Position numbers and translations under genes: made by a program
Notes under the pieces: generated by a model
Databases searched by the model: none
Seen by the model: the letters and a program-made list of their open reading frames with translations, nothing else
What the model was told of the DNA's origin: nothing
Assembly (NCBI GenBank): GCA_008632985.1
Contig: QPGO01000116.1
Span: 1 to 64,000, forward strand
Source of the DNA: Psammoneis japonica
Lineage: Eukaryota
Direction of reading: 5' to 3'
Length of the DNA stretch: 64,000 bases
Shown: positions 36,113-51,000 of the stretch, piece by piece
How positions within the stretch are numbered: the stretch's first letter is position 1
Layout of the letters: each line of letters begins with the position of its first letter

Positions 36113-37618
36113 ATGAACTGTCAGGTGACGGAGTCGTCATCAAATTTCGGTAGCAGAAGCTCAAGAAAATCCTCACAACGGGTTGCTCTCTTGCATTCCG
36201 ACGAGTACACCAAAGTCTTGCACAGTGCCATGCAGTATATTCATCAAGACCGCGACTTATTGTTAGCTAGATTACTGGATTATTGCGGGTTTCTTCATGA
36301 AACACCCAAATTCCTCAAGGTTGTAAAGCCCAAAAAAGCAACGAGACAACATCTCGAGAGATTTCATCACGAGCATTATCTGAATGTTCTGGAACCACTC
36401 AAACTAGAAGTAGTGTCCAGTTCCTTTTCACCCGAGTTGTTGGCCTCGCTGGGTCTTACTGAGGATTGTGTTTTGCCCACGAGCGTACAGGAACGCAAGA
36501 CTCTATGGGAGTATTGTCGACACGTAGTTGGTGCATCCCTACAGGCGGTCGACTTGCTGGCAACCAATCAGGCTAATGTCGCAATCAATTGGGGTGGGGG
36601 TCGTCACCACGCCCATGCGGATCAGGCGGGTGGGTTTTGCTTCGTCAATGACGTGGTCTTGGCCATTCGACGATTGCAAAAGACTTTTCAGAGAGTCCTT
36701 TACATGGATATTGATATTCATCACTGCGACGGAGTCCAACGTGCCTTTTATGATACGGATCGAGTATTGACCGTATCGTTTCATCGACATGCACCAGGTT
36801 TCTTTCCGTCAACATCGGGGTCTGTGAAAGAAAAGGGCCGACATGGCACACCGGGAGTAGGGCACAATCTCAACATTCCACTAGCGAAATCGACAAGAGA
36901 CTTGGACTTTTGTCATTTGTTTCGATACACTCTGGAGAGTCTACGCAGTTCGTACTGTCCTGATGTGCTGGTCCTCACCGTGGGCGCTGATGGACTGAAA
37001 TCTGATCCTCTTGTTGGAGAAACAGACGGTTGGAGCCTCACCCCCGAGGGACTTGCCGAATGCGTCCGTGTTGCCAGCGAGTTTTGCTCTTGTACTTCTC
37101 AAAGAGAAAAAAGTTGCGATACGATGAAGAACGGAGTCCATATTGTGAACGATGATAAATTGAGTGATGCTGACATTGTTGGTGATTGTAAGCTTTTAAT
37201 TCTTGGAGGTGGAGGCTACAATCCGGTGCAGACTGCTCGCACGTTTCTGCTTGCCACTGCAGCAGCCTGCGAAGCAGCACGACCAGGAATGATGTGGAAG
37301 GAGTTACCAGACGACATTCCTCGCCACGACTACTTTCCCCGATATGGTCCAGAATTTATTTTAATCCATCGAGAATCACCCTTGGCAAATTCTGAGTATG
37401 CTGCTGTTGATGCGGATTTCATTTCGGAAGCCAAAAAGCATGTGGATTTCTCAACCGCGTATCTACGAGCACAACGAAAGAAGTTGATTTCTGCACCTAC
37501 GTTTAGTTTCATGGACGAGCGTGACCCAGTCGTCGGAATGCCAGGCAAATCTACGGGGAAGAAGCGAGCTCGAAGAAAGAAGAGGCCGCTCGTGTCGTCG
37601 GCTGGCAACGAAGAATAA
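36113..37618 (+). CDS. Class I histone deacetylase (HDAC8-like)
   Basis: NWGGGRHHA, AGGFCFVND, YMDIDIHHCDGV, SFHR...GFFP, GADGL..DP and GGGGY motifs. Confidence 0.93.
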   Translation: MNCQVTESSSNFGSRSSRKSSQRVALLHSDEYTKVLHSAMQYIHQDRDLLLARLLDYCGFLHETPKFLKVVKPKKATRQHLERFHHEHYLNVLEPLKLEVVSSSFSPELLASLGLTEDCVLPTSVQERKTLWEYCRHVVGASLQAVDLLATNQANVAINWGGGRHHAHADQAGGFCFVNDVVLAIRRLQKTFQRVLYMDIDIHHCDGVQRAFYDTDRVLTVSFHRHAPGFFPSTSGSVKEKGRHGTPGVGHNLNIPLAKSTRDLDFCHLFRYTLESLRSSYCPDVLVLTVGADGLKSDPLVGETDGWSLTPEGLAECVRVASEFCSCTSQREKSCDTMKNGVHIVNDDKLSDADIVGDCKLLILGGGGYNPVQTARTFLLATAAACEAARPGMMWKELPDDIPRHDYFPRYGPEFILIHRESPLANSEYAAVDADFISEAKKHVDFSTAYLRAQRKKLISAPTFSFMDERDPVVGMPGKSTGKKRARRKKRPLVSSAGNEE

Positions 37619-37970
37619 GCTCCATACAAACACTACTACAGTCAGTTCGTAATCTCTGCTGCTTGGGCATCGCCCGAGCAAATAGCTAGGGAAAAGTAAT
37701 GAATACTGTAGGTAGCAGGCCTTTGAGGAGCTCACACCAATTTGTCGATATGTCTAGAGTCGGCATTAAGTATGTCCTGTACCAACTTCTTGTGGAACGA
37801 TAATTAAGTTTCTTCTGAGCTGGTTCGAGTTCGCCCTCTGGCGGTGACGGACTCGAGCGAATGATCTTGTTAGAACTACCGGTAGTATACGTACCATATC
37901 ATCTCAATGTTGTGGTGGATGAGGGTCTTAGCGGTGCATAAAAAAAAAAACTTTGGCAAACTAGGAGATA

Positions 37971-38996
37971 TTAGGTCTGTTCAATATCCATTTCTTTCGT
38001 TTCATCATCCGCCGCCTTAGTATCTTCGGCAACGCGTTTTCCCGATTCTGTGTCCCGTTTTCGTTCTAGCTGTTGGTCATACTCCTCTTGTGCTGCAAGG
38101 GCGGCATTTCTCACCAGTTCGTAACGGTTGACTACACCCAGAGCCGCCGCCGAGGCTTGAGAATTACCAGCCACAACGTTAGCAGTCGATGCAGGCCTCG
38201 ATTGCAAGAAGAACCCTGGATCCAAGCCAGCCGCGGCACGAGCTTGGTGTGCAATCAAAATATCTTTGGACGACAGCGCTCCATTTTCTCGTCCATTATC
38301 AGATGCAACTCGACGCGCCGCCGTTACCAATCGCTGTGCATATGCTTTCGCCAGTGTTGATACAACAACAGTGATCTCTTCAGATTCACCAGGCGCAACC
38401 ATATCTTCAAGGGAGCGCTTTGATCGACCACCGTTTCGTCGTCCATTCTCACTATTAGATACTGAAGTAGAACCACTGTTGTGCCCATTGCTTCCAGTCC
38501 CATCGCGGATATATGGACATCGCCGTGGCAAAGCGTTATTGGCATTCTGGGCTTCACCGCCAATTCCCAAGGTAGAGGAGCCCAGGAGCTGCCGAGTCTT
38601 TTCTCCACGAGCATAAGCTCTTTCATGCGATGCAGCAAGGCAGTGCACAACATAAGATGATATAGCGTCGCCGCGAAAGGTGGACCGTTTGAAAGCTTCA
38701 AAACGAACCCGTTCCATGCGATTGAACGTACTCAGCACCTGAGCCATTGCTTGGCCGTCGGCTGTTGCCATGCTGAATACCGACACAAGGTGTAGAGAGG
38801 AGATGAAGCATCAGTACCACCAAAAAATAAAGGTTTAGGCAAGGCGTGTTATTCCCTCTTGATACTTACGATACTCTTGAAGACGAGGACGTTTTCTCTT
38901 CGTTGCTGTTCTTGTTTGTCTTCGCAGATTTCGACTTTTTCTGCTTCTTTTTTGTTTTTGTGGGCTTGGTAGGCTTAGCTCCCTTTTCCTCCGGTT
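37971..38996 (-). CDS. TAF11 (TAFII28)-like histone-fold protein, multi-exon, 5' end uncertain
   Basis: VLSTFNRMERVRFEAFKRSTF and VVVSTLAKAYAQRLVTAARRV. GT-AG intron 38773-38869 joins an upstream Lys-rich exon in frame. Further upstream exons are likely. Confidence 0.65.
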
Positions 38997-39662
38997 CTAG
39001 AGATTGAAGTGACAGATGTAAAAGACGTAAGAGGAACTGAGGCGACGTGTAAGCACATTCAACAACGTTGGAAGTTGGAAAATACCTGCTTACCAACTGT
39101 CGTGGCCGCCTCTGACCTTGGCCGTTTGATTGAGCGATGATCCATCTTGAGGCTTCCAACAAAATGCTCGTCTAATGTATTCCTTTCAACTCACACTTTA
39201 CAGTTGTTGTAGGGTAGAGTACCGTAGCCTCTAGCCAGAAACAGCTCCAACAAGCATGCAAGCAGCAGCAATAAGAGCAGCAACGACCTCCGCTCCGCAA
39301 CGACCAAAAAAGGAGTCGGCGAGTTCGTGAGCTCTCCAGTCGGCGAGGTCCGGTCCGGTCCTCGAGCTATACTCTCCATCGTTTTGATTTGAATTTTTAT
39401 GGACACCTGTGGACAAACGGGACACTGCGTAGCCAGGGTGTATTTTAGTACTTAGTGATTCGTGGACAAGCGTGCCAAGGCGTGCCAATGTGTGCCAAGT
39501 GACTCACGAACGATGGGGAGTGATATACTCGCGCGAAAAGCTGCGCGAGAAAGGTTCTGAGCCGCATGCGAACCCAAGCCCGCCGTTCGTGCGTCGGCCG
39601 TCTGTCGGCTGTCGTTGTCGACTGCAAACTGCAAATTCCGAAAAAAAATTGACGAGGATTGT

Positions 39663-39689
39663 GTTGTTGTTGTTGTTGTTGTTGTTGTT
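39663..39689. repeat. (TTG)n microsatellite
   Basis: Directly visible upstream of the aminotransferase. Confidence 0.9.
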
Positions 39690-39769
39690 AGCCCCATCAG
39701 TTTCTTCCTATAACAGTATAGACTAGAGTACATACAGTATGTGGTCATGATCTGAACCTGGTATAAATC

Positions 39770-41402
39770 ATGGAAGAGCTTCAGCCAATCCTCTTGTCTA
39801 CAGCGTTGTTTCTAGCCACGTCCCTCTATTTTGTTCGGATAGAAAGGTTAGATGCCGATCGTGACAAGTACGGGACCAATTATGCGACGCCGAATTGGAA
39901 AAAGAAGAGAGAAACCTTGTCGCCGTTAAAGCGACTTAGCAAAGAAAACGTGTCTGCCCTTCGATCCAGGTACTTTTCGAAGGCTGTGAGTGTGTCCTAC
40001 TCAAATTCAGGCGCACTGATGATTGTTAAGGTATGTACAGTAGCTGTGTCATGATATCGCAAAGACTCTTTGAGGATTAAAGTGTCAGTTCACTTTTCTA
40101 TTCGTCCAGGGTAAAGGCTCTATGCTTATGGATGATTCAGGACGATGGTATCTTGACACAAGAAACAACGTGGCTCATGTTGGTCACTGCAATGAAAACG
40201 TAGTCCGAGCTGTACAGGAGCAGGTTGCAACACTAAACACAAATACTCGATATCTGCACGCCAACGCAAGTGTATTGGCAGAGAGGCTTATCGGAAAACT
40301 TGTGAAACCATTAGAAGTTGTTTTCTTTGTCAATTCTGGAAGCGAAGCGAACGACTTGGCGTTACGATTGGCACGAGCATTCACGAAATCCAAGAATAAC
40401 ATTGTGGTGGACGGCGGTTATCATGGCCATACATTGTCGTGCCTCGAGGTCAGTCCTTACAAGTATGAGCACTCAAAAGAATTTGATTTAGGTGGCGACT
40501 CTCGTAGTCCTGGAGAGCATGTTTTCAAGGTACCGTGTCCCGACATATATCGTGGACCCCATCGAGATGCGACATCAGCTGGTGCTGACTATGCTGAATA
40601 TGTAAAGGATGGATGCCAGTACTACAGACAGAAGCAGGATAAAGTCGGTGCATTTATTGTTGAGGGTGGCATGAGTGTCGGCGGAGTCATTCTTCCGCCA
40701 ACAGGATATCTGGAGGCGAGTGTTGGAGCTGTACGTGAGGCGGGAGGAGTTTATATTGCTGATGAAGTGCAAACAGGGTTTGGGCGGCTAGGCGAATGTT
40801 ATTGGGCATTTCAGCATTCCTTCGATAAGAGCACAGAGTCTTCTGTAGTACCTGACATTGTAACGGTAGGCAAGCCTTTCGGAAACGGAATGCCACTCGC
40901 TGCGGTTATCACAACACGCAAAATATCCGATGCTTTTGAATCCATGGGCGTAGAATACTTCAATACCTTTGGTGGAAATCCCGTTTGTTCAGCTGCAGGT
41001 CTTGCCATGCTTGATGCCATGGATTCAGAGAATCTCCAGCAGAATGCGGCCAAGGTAGGGAAGTACTTCAAGAGTCAGTTTCTCATTCTTAGGGCCACTA
41101 CATTGGATATCATTGGCGACGTCAGAGGGTCGGGACTGTTCCTTGGTATTGAACTCGTTCGGAATAAAATGACACTTGAACCCGCCACAATTGAGACTTC
41201 CTTCCTTTGCACTGTCCTAAAGGAGAAATACGCAATTCTAACAAGCATCGATGGACCATGCAATAATGTGCTGGTTGTTAAACCGCCATTGGTGTTTAGT
41301 ATGGATGACGCTGATTTCTTCATCGAAAGCTTTGAGAAGGCCGTTCTTAATGACTTGGCAAAGGTGAAAGACATACAGTCGTTATCCATGACGCCTACCT
41401 GA
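39770..41402 (+). CDS. Class III PLP-dependent aminotransferase (AGXT2L / ethanolamine-phosphate phospho-lyase-like)
   Basis: NNVAHVGH, FVNSGSEANDLALRLA, ADEVQTGFGR, DIVTVGKPFGNG and FNTFGGNP. Intron 40031-40109. Confidence 0.92.
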
Positions 41403-41550
41403 AGCAGCGCAGTACAATAATGCTTTGACAAATTTTTGAAAAACTTTATGACAGACTTATCGATTGTTTAGCTTTGTAGCAAAAGGAAATGCTCTGTAGA
41501 AAGATGTGATTTATTTCTCACTGGGCAATATTAGAGGGTGCTGCGCATGC

Positions 41551-42465
41551 TCAGGCTTCCTTGACCGAGATACCATCCGATCCAGCAATGATGACAGCTG
41601 TTGTCATATCACAGAAGAGACCATGCTCTACAACTCCAACGACATTCTTGAGCTCCTGGCCCATTGTAGGGGCATCTTTAATTGGCTCCTCAAAGTGGAG
41701 ATCAACAATGTAGTTGCCATTGTCGGTAACAGCCGGTTCGTCACCATCGATTTCGTTGTTGGAGGAGGATCCAAGACGCAAAACAGGCTTGCACTTTCCT
41801 TTGCACGAGGGCAAATCGCCAATTGTGCGCATGGTATGTTCGTGGCAGAAGGGAACAATCTCAACAGGGATAGGGAATCCAGGTCCAAGACCATCGCATA
41901 TCTTGGATTCGTCCACTAACGAAAACGGAAACACCAATTTAGGTTTGATACAATACCAGCAAGAGACAACAGGCCAGGTCGGTAGTTTACTTCTCAACCA
42001 CTTACCAATAACGATGAACTTGTCAGAGCAGACCTCCACAATCTTTTCCCTGAACAAAGCTCCGCCGCCTCCCTTGGTAAGGTTGAGATCAGGATCGACT
42101 TCGTCGGCACCGTCTATCGCAACGTCCAGCTTGGAATGGGTGTCGAGTGTCACCAAGGGAATGTCAAGGCTCTCAGCTTGCTCTTTTGTACGAATCGAGG
42201 TAGGAATGGCAAGGATGTCTTTGAGTTCGCCAGACTTGAGCAATTCGCCAACGCGCTCGACAGCATAGTAGGCAGTGGATCCCGTTCCGAGTCCAACCAC
42301 CATGCCGCTCTTAACGTAATCATCAACGGCCTTGTATCCGACCATCTTTTTCAATTCGTCCTGGCTCAACGCCATGGAAAGCGAAGTGCTCTTTCGGGAA
42401 ACAAAAGCAGGGCTGCTGAACGCAGCAGCCGAAGCCATAAGAGTAGCAGCGATAGTGAGACGCAT
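41551..42465 (-). CDS. rpiA: Ribose-5-phosphate isomerase A, plastid-targeted
   Basis: GLGTGST, DGADEVD, KGGGGALFREK and GVVEHGLF. Bipartite presequence MRLTIAATLMASAAA-FSSPAF. 90-bp in-frame intron 41916-42005. Confidence 0.95.
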   Translation of the reverse strand: MRLTIAATLMASAAAFSSPAFVSRKSTSLSMALSQDELKKMVGYKAVDDYVKSGMVVGLGTGSTAYYAVERVGELLKSGELKDILAIPTSIRTKEQAESLDIPLVTLDTHSKLDVAIDGADEVDPDLNLTKGGGGALFREKIVEVCSDKFIVIGKWLRSKLPTWPVVSCWYCIKPKLVFPFSLVDESKICDGLGPGFPIPVEIVPFCHEHTMRTIGDLPSCKGKCKPVLRLGSSSNNEIDGDEPAVTDNGNYIVDLHFEEPIKDAPTMGQELKNVVGVVEHGLFCDMTTAVIIAGSDGISVKEA

Positions 42466-42829
42466 GGTTGTGATGTTAGTAACACTCAATCAAGAGAGAA
42501 AAAATGATACGACGCAACCGACGGCATTGTGTCCGTCTGTTTCTTCCGCTTGGCGGCTGACGTACGCGCGCAAAATTTTGAAAGATATTTGAACGTCATG
42601 ATGATGTCACGATGCGACGACCCACGCATTTTTTCGAAAAAGCTTCCCGCGCCACATCCTGCCACCCGCCACCCGCATTCATCACACGATCGACATCGCC
42701 CATCACAAAACTCGTGGTTCACGTTACAGCCGTCACTTCCTCCTTCCGTTTTTCCATTGTCAGTCCCTACATTGTGTCTGCTGATAAATGATCAGACCCT
42801 TCGTTACTACGTCAAAAAGAGTAAGACCA

Positions 42830-43642
42830 ATGTCGTCACAAGAAGAATTGAAAAAGCTCGCGGGTTACAAAGCTGTTGACGACTACGTCAAGAGCGGCAT
42901 GGTGTTGGGGCTGGGAACAGGGTCGACCGCCAAGTATGCGGTAGAACGAGTTGGTGAAAAGCTCGAGTCTGGTGAACTGCAAGATATTATTGCTATTCCG
43001 ACATCTGTCCGTACAAGAAAACAAGCTGAAGGTCTCGGTATCCCGTTGACAACTCTCAACGAACATGGTGAATTGGACGTGGCAATTGACGGAGCCGACA
43101 ATGTCGACCCAAAGCTGAATCTGGTAAAGGGTGGAGGAGGAGCGCTGTTTCGAGAAAAAATTGTGGAAAATCGGGCAAAGAAATTTGTTGTGATTGGTGA
43201 GTGCACGACATGACTTGATTTGCCAACCAGTGCGTGTCATTTTTGGCTAGGCGTTCTGATCTCCTTTGTTTATGTTGCAGTGGACGAATCCAAACTCTGT
43301 GACGGGCTAGGACCTGGATTCCCAGTTCCAGTAGAAATTGTTCCATTTTGTCATGAGCACACAATTCGTATGATTTCGAATCTAGATTCGTGTAAAGGCT
43401 GCAAACCGCAACTTCGAATGGGTTCCTCCTCCAACAATAGGGTGGACGGTGACAAGATTGCCGTTACAGACAACGGCAACTACATTGTGGATTTGCACTT
43501 TGAAAAGACCATTCAAGACGTTTCTATAATGGCCAACGAGCTCATTAACGTTGTTGGAGTTGTAGAACACGGACTGTTTTGTAACATGGCGTCTGTTGCG
43601 ATTGTTGCTGCCCGAGACGGGATAAGAACTTTGAATCCATAA
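42830..43642 (+). CDS. rpiA: Ribose-5-phosphate isomerase A, no evident presequence (likely cytosolic)
   Basis: Same motifs, with DGADNVD. Intron 43197-43280. Confidence 0.93.
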
Positions 43643-43715
43643 TGGGGTTATGTTATTAAAGTAGAAACACGGGAGCTATTGTGCTTTTCTGAACGGCAGC
43701 TTCCGTACTGTATTG

Positions 43716-44555
43716 TTAGAGCCTGGAAGATGGCTGAGTTTTGGGTAGCTTCCGAAATGTATCACGATTGAAGCGATGAACTTTTTGCATCCCCCGTATC
43801 CACGCCTCGTAATCCTTTCCTTTGAATTTAAAATGCTTGCCTGTATCTTCGTGTGGAAGAATCATGAATTGCCCTCGAGTCACGGCGTCCACGGTAATCT
43901 GTGCGACTTGTTGCGGTTTAAGAATCTTTCCTCCCCACACTGGAGTTGGATCGATCCCAAACAGCATGTTTGTTTGAACCGCCTGAGGACACAGACAGGA
44001 CACTTGAATACCCTGATCTGCATAAGACATTTGAAGCCATTCAGCTACTGCTACGGCAGCATGCTTGGTAACGGAATAAGGCAGATTCCCAGCAAGTGTC
44101 AAGAGACCTGCAGCCGATGCCGTCACAACGAGGGTTCCCGAACCGCGCTGTACATACTTGGGAAACAAGTGGCGTGCCACATGAACTGACTGCATCACAT
44201 TAACTTTCCATAATTTATCCCACTCCTCGTCTGTTACATCAATATCTCCGCTCAACACGTTTGAACCGACAAATCCTGCAATGCCGGCGTTCGCAAAAAA
44301 GGCATCAATGTTTCCACACTTGTGTTCCGTTTCGAGAATAATACGTCGAATATCAGCTTCGACACCACAGTCAGCCGTCACGGCGACACCCACACCTCTT
44401 GGTAGTTCGCTTGCGACAGTTTCAGCTACATTGTGAAGATCCACCACAACTACATGTTTCGCACCCGCCTGAGCTAAGCAATGGCAAAGTGCTCTGCCAA
44501 TTCCTGAAGCACCACCCGTCACGACGCAAACAGAATCTTTGCAGTGAAATGGCAT
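43716..44555 (-). CDS. Short-chain dehydrogenase/reductase
   Basis: TGGASGIG, NAG and YSVTK (YxxxK). Confidence 0.93.
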   Translation of the reverse strand: MPFHCKDSVCVVTGGASGIGRALCHCLAQAGAKHVVVVDLHNVAETVASELPRGVGVAVTADCGVEADIRRIILETEHKCGNIDAFFANAGIAGFVGSNVLSGDIDVTDEEWDKLWKVNVMQSVHVARHLFPKYVQRGSGTLVVTASAAGLLTLAGNLPYSVTKHAAVAVAEWLQMSYADQGIQVSCLCPQAVQTNMLFGIDPTPVWGGKILKPQQVAQITVDAVTRGQFMILPHEDTGKHFKFKGKDYEAWIRGMQKVHRFNRDTFRKLPKTQPSSRL

Positions 44556-45013
44556 ATTGAACGACCAGTATTGTTATGTTGTACGGAGTATAATTTTATG
44601 CAGGCGTCACCTTTCACCTTTTAGCCAGCATCAGCCCTGCCGTTCGATCTGGATCGTCAATCGTCATGGTCGGTCGCGAGTGGCGATCTTTGATCTTCTG
44701 TGGTTCGGGCGCGACGGAAACCACAGGAAGATTTCAAGCAGACAAACAAGCAGCGGAACTTCTCATTCGAGTTCGCTTCGAGCTATTTTTCTACGTAGAA
44801 CTTCGTACTTATTTCCCGTAGATCACTCGCCAACCCGCCCTCGCTCTTCTTGAACCTTGAACAGCGGCACAAAGACACCGATTCAATCAGAACCTTGTTG
44901 TTGCACCGCCTGCCCCCGCATAGCAGTCGTTAGGGCCCTACTGTCACATAAGCTTTGCTAAGACGAGTGTTCTGACGAAATTCGTGAAAAGGCTCTTTGT
45001 TTGTCCCTTCAAA

Positions 45014-47078
<2,065 letters not shown>

Positions 47079-47661
47079 ACAACGCGAAATCCGGAGTTTG
47101 TTGAAGAAGTGCTAGGGCCCTACTCAAATGTTGATATGTGTGTGTTGGTGTAGTTTTTCCTACGCGTCTGCTTTGTAGTTCTGCACCAGAGAGATTGGGT
47201 AGGGCTTGTTACACAATAGATTTAGGTTTCCTAGCCCTACATCTTAGTGAATACTTTTAGTTGGGGAAGGGGCGGGCAGGCATTTTACAGCGATATTCCG
47301 TTCGACTCGCTCGTTTTCATGACCAGAGGTCGTCGAGCTTCGTCGCCTTTCGACGGCCAGTTCGCCTAGCTGTTTGCCAGCAGCATTGTTGACAGGTGGC
47401 CATAGTTTAAAGACTGATGCAACTATTGAACTGTAACACACAACGTAGATCATCAAAGCTTCGTCAACAACGTCCAACGTCTTCGCTTGCCGAGGTAATG
47501 ACAGTTTTGGAAGTTTATTGGTTAGGGAAACTACCTCTACTCTAGAGCTAGAGTAGTACGCGGATTGACTTCGGCGCGCGACACAGGCAATGGTTTTTGT
47601 CTGGACCTCAGACCTCGCAACTCACGGTCCGCCCGCCACCCACGAGCGAACCGCGAGGTCT

Positions 47662-47895
47662 AGTCACGACTCAACGTCATTCTGGTCGCATCTCACGACT
47701 ACAACCCAGACTCAGATTTTCTCTTCGAAATAATTAGCTCATCACAAAATCGATTCAAACAGAAGCAACGACATTCGTCATAATTTCTAGACAACGACTT
47801 TCAACAAGCGTCTGTTTACCTCTGTCGCCATTCATATTGCTACCAACCTCCGAGGTCTTGTCCATCCTACTCAGCTACAGGACTGCATCTCGACT
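47662..47895 (+). repeat. 5' LTR, family B (AGTC...GACT)
   Basis: 227/234 identical to the 3' LTR by manual alignment. Confidence 0.95.
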
Positions 47896-48057
47896 GGTTG
47901 TAGAGACCAATTTGCGCGTTGACGAGAGCTCCTGACCGAGTCATCGTCACGGACGCTTTCGGTTTTTGATTTTGAAGCAAACCCGGGAAATAGCTGAGTC
48001 TCTCTCGCTTCTCTCGTCTTCACTCTAACAAGAACCTCCCACACTGCACTCTCTGTC

Positions 48058-51000
48058 ATGGCCACCATCGATCCAGATGTTCTGGCAAAGGCGTTTGCCG
48101 ATGCAATGGCCGCTGACGCCACGGCGACTGCTCCTCCGGCTCCAACCAAGCCGTTACGTGGTGGAATTCACCCAACCCACGGGGTTTACATTGGTGGTTC
48201 CAAACTCAACAACAACTGCGAACAATCCAACGATGGAACCTGCCGACTCGCCTCTCAGCGCCATCATCCCAAGGCTCTTGACTCGACAGAACGATCTCTC
48301 CGCGATCAACAAGCTTCCGCAATGACTTCCAAGTTCAACGGTCGACTTGAGATTTCGGACGGTCCCATCAACGAGCTTGACAAGGACCATTTCGTCAAGA
48401 CTGTTCGAGATCTGGCAGAAGCCCACGGTCAGCAGACGTTCCACCATGTCAAGGACAGCGACGACAAGGTTCAACATGTCTTCGACCATCTTCACGAGTT
48501 TACTGTGACCGATCTCGTGAACGAGCACACGGTTAGGAAAGCAGCTGCCGATGATGCCAAGTGCGACGAGATCGAGCTCGACGATGTCGGGCTCTCTCAA
48601 CTTCTCGTTCACTCAAGAATCACCAATGCCTTTCGCGAGAAAATCGAGACCAAGTTCAACCATCTTTCGGACTGCCAAGACTACCCTGGATCTGTTCTGT
48701 TCATGATGGCTCTCGACACTTGCAATGCCAGCGCTCTAACGGATGTTGAGACGGCCAAGAAGCAGCTAGAAGACCTCAGTTTGGTTGACTGTCCCGGCGA
48801 GGATTGCACGGACTTTGCTGCCGAAGCTCTTCGCATCGTGAAAATCATGCAGACCGACTGCGCGCTTCCGGCGAACACAAGCTCCAAGCTGCTCCACAAG
48901 ATCTCCTCTACGTCCTCTGAATGCTTCGATTGCCGAGTCTACAACAAGCTCGACGACGTCAAGGCTGTGGAACGCAAGTGCCGCCTCAAGAATCCTGCTG
49001 ACATCGTGTCCGACAGTGATTGCAGAACGCTCGGACCGGTCGGTGTCATTGCGTGGATTCAAGAGCAACACAACGAACTCGTGAAGGACGGGGAATGGCC
49101 TGCATTAGTCGCCAAGCTACCCGAGAGTAATCTTTCGACTACGGATGACCCTGGGAAGACGAAGCACTGTCATGGTTGCGGTCTCGAGGGGCACACCAAG
49201 AAGACGTGTCCGAAGTGCAACGCCAAACCGCCGCGCGACGATCCTCCTCCCAATCCGCCGCCTGCAGACGACCCTTCCAAGAAGAAGAGGCGACCCATCG
49301 CTGTCTGGCGCACTAAATTTGACGGAGAAACGAAGAAGGACAAGAATGGCAAGGAATGGAAGTGGTGTGCCACGTGCAAGGCGAAGGGTGCCGACAAACC
49401 TGGAATCCACCAGAAGCACTCTACCGCGGAACATGCCGACGACCGCAGGCAACCTCCCAAGGAGACCCCAGCCGGGAATTTGTCTTCCGTTGCTGATCCG
49501 GATAGTGGCGTGCCCATGGGTCCGCCCGCTCAGACCACCAAGGCACCAGAGGGAGACGAATCCGACCCCAACGAGTTGGTTTTCACGGGAATGTGGTGCG
49601 CGGCTACGGATCCCGTTGCCGACCCGGATTTCTGTTCCGCCCCTGTTGCCACTGCAATTGTTGTTACTCCGGCTTCTTCGGCCGAGAGGGAGAGCGACAC
49701 AGTCGTTAGCACTGAGGTGGTTTGCATCGAAACGAGCCCACCTGTACTCACCTCAGTCGTGGATCCAGTCGTGTCTCCCATCGTGGTTGAGACTGTCACT
49801 CCCGAAGACGCCGATGACTTCTACGAACACTCCGACGCTTTCTCCACCTTTGAAAACGAACCACCGGCTATTGAGTTGTTTCCGGCCTCGAAGCTGTGCT
49901 CCATCAAGCATCCAGATGAGTTCTTTGATGCTCCCGCACATTTGACGGATATGCTGTCAGACGACACCAAGTTAGATCTCATCCTTGAACACGACGTACA
50001 CTTTGAAGACGCACACTACGACTTGCCTCCGTGTGTTGCGTATCGTGGCTTCGATTTCTACGATCCAGAGGTCCTGGATGCGGATGGTTGTCACGAGGAC
50101 GTCGAAGACGAGCCCACTTCGCGTCGCTCACTCTTGGGTCGAGTCAAGCTGTTCATGTTCTGGCTCGCCGCCATGTTTTGGGAAACGGTGCTACATCTTT
50201 GCTTTGCTCCGATCCCATGTGTTCCTCGAGCTCTACGCCGCCAGCGCAAACTCCCAACTTTGCACGGGTTTCCAGCCTCCTGGATGGTCCTGTCCGTTGC
50301 AGTGATGGTGTGGTCAGCAGTTTACGCCGGTCAACAGCCCGAGTGTCCCTTCTCGCACGTACCAAGTCGTTTTTCGACCGCCAGCTCTCAAGTCTACCAC
50401 ATTGTGGAAGAGCTAGATGACCGGATAGTGTCAGATGCGGGGTCACTGTTCGAATGTCACAGGATCAAAGGCACGCAAGTGCTCACCGAGTTTGTCGCGC
50501 GCCATCCGTCACACGCACTGAGCACTCGTCTCAAGGCCTGCTGGGAGAGCCTGGAAGTAGCTGAACGGTCTGATGCGACAGACGAATCAGCCTTCTTTGA
50601 CACCTGTGAGGAACTGGAACCTCTCGACGACCAGAAGCATTTCTTTGACGCTCTTGAGGACTTCAGCCCGGATTTCTTCCGGTTTGACGAGCTCTGTCTG
50701 CCGCATCACATCGTGGACACCACCCATTTTCAAGACCCTGTGGAGCTGTTGGAGGAAGCAAGTGTTAGACCAGTCGTCTATGACACCTCCACCATCCAAC
50801 TGCTCACCGGACAATCACAAGCTGACCTCCTTGCATCCGATCCGCAGGCACTCATCGGTCTGTCGGACGAGGCTCTCACGGTCGTCATGGACACTGGTGC
50901 CACGTTAGCCATTGCCCCCGACAAAGATGATTTTACGGGGCCTGTGACTGTTCCCAAGAAACCCTTACAGATCAATGGGATTGCCAACGGTCTTACCATC

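Noticed and set aside
36113..37618. HDAC, or the TE helicase, as the enzyme responsible for the hypermutation
   Set aside because: Only proximity supports it. Neither has a deaminase or polymerase domain, and the helicase is itself mutated. No candidate mutator gene is visible in this window.
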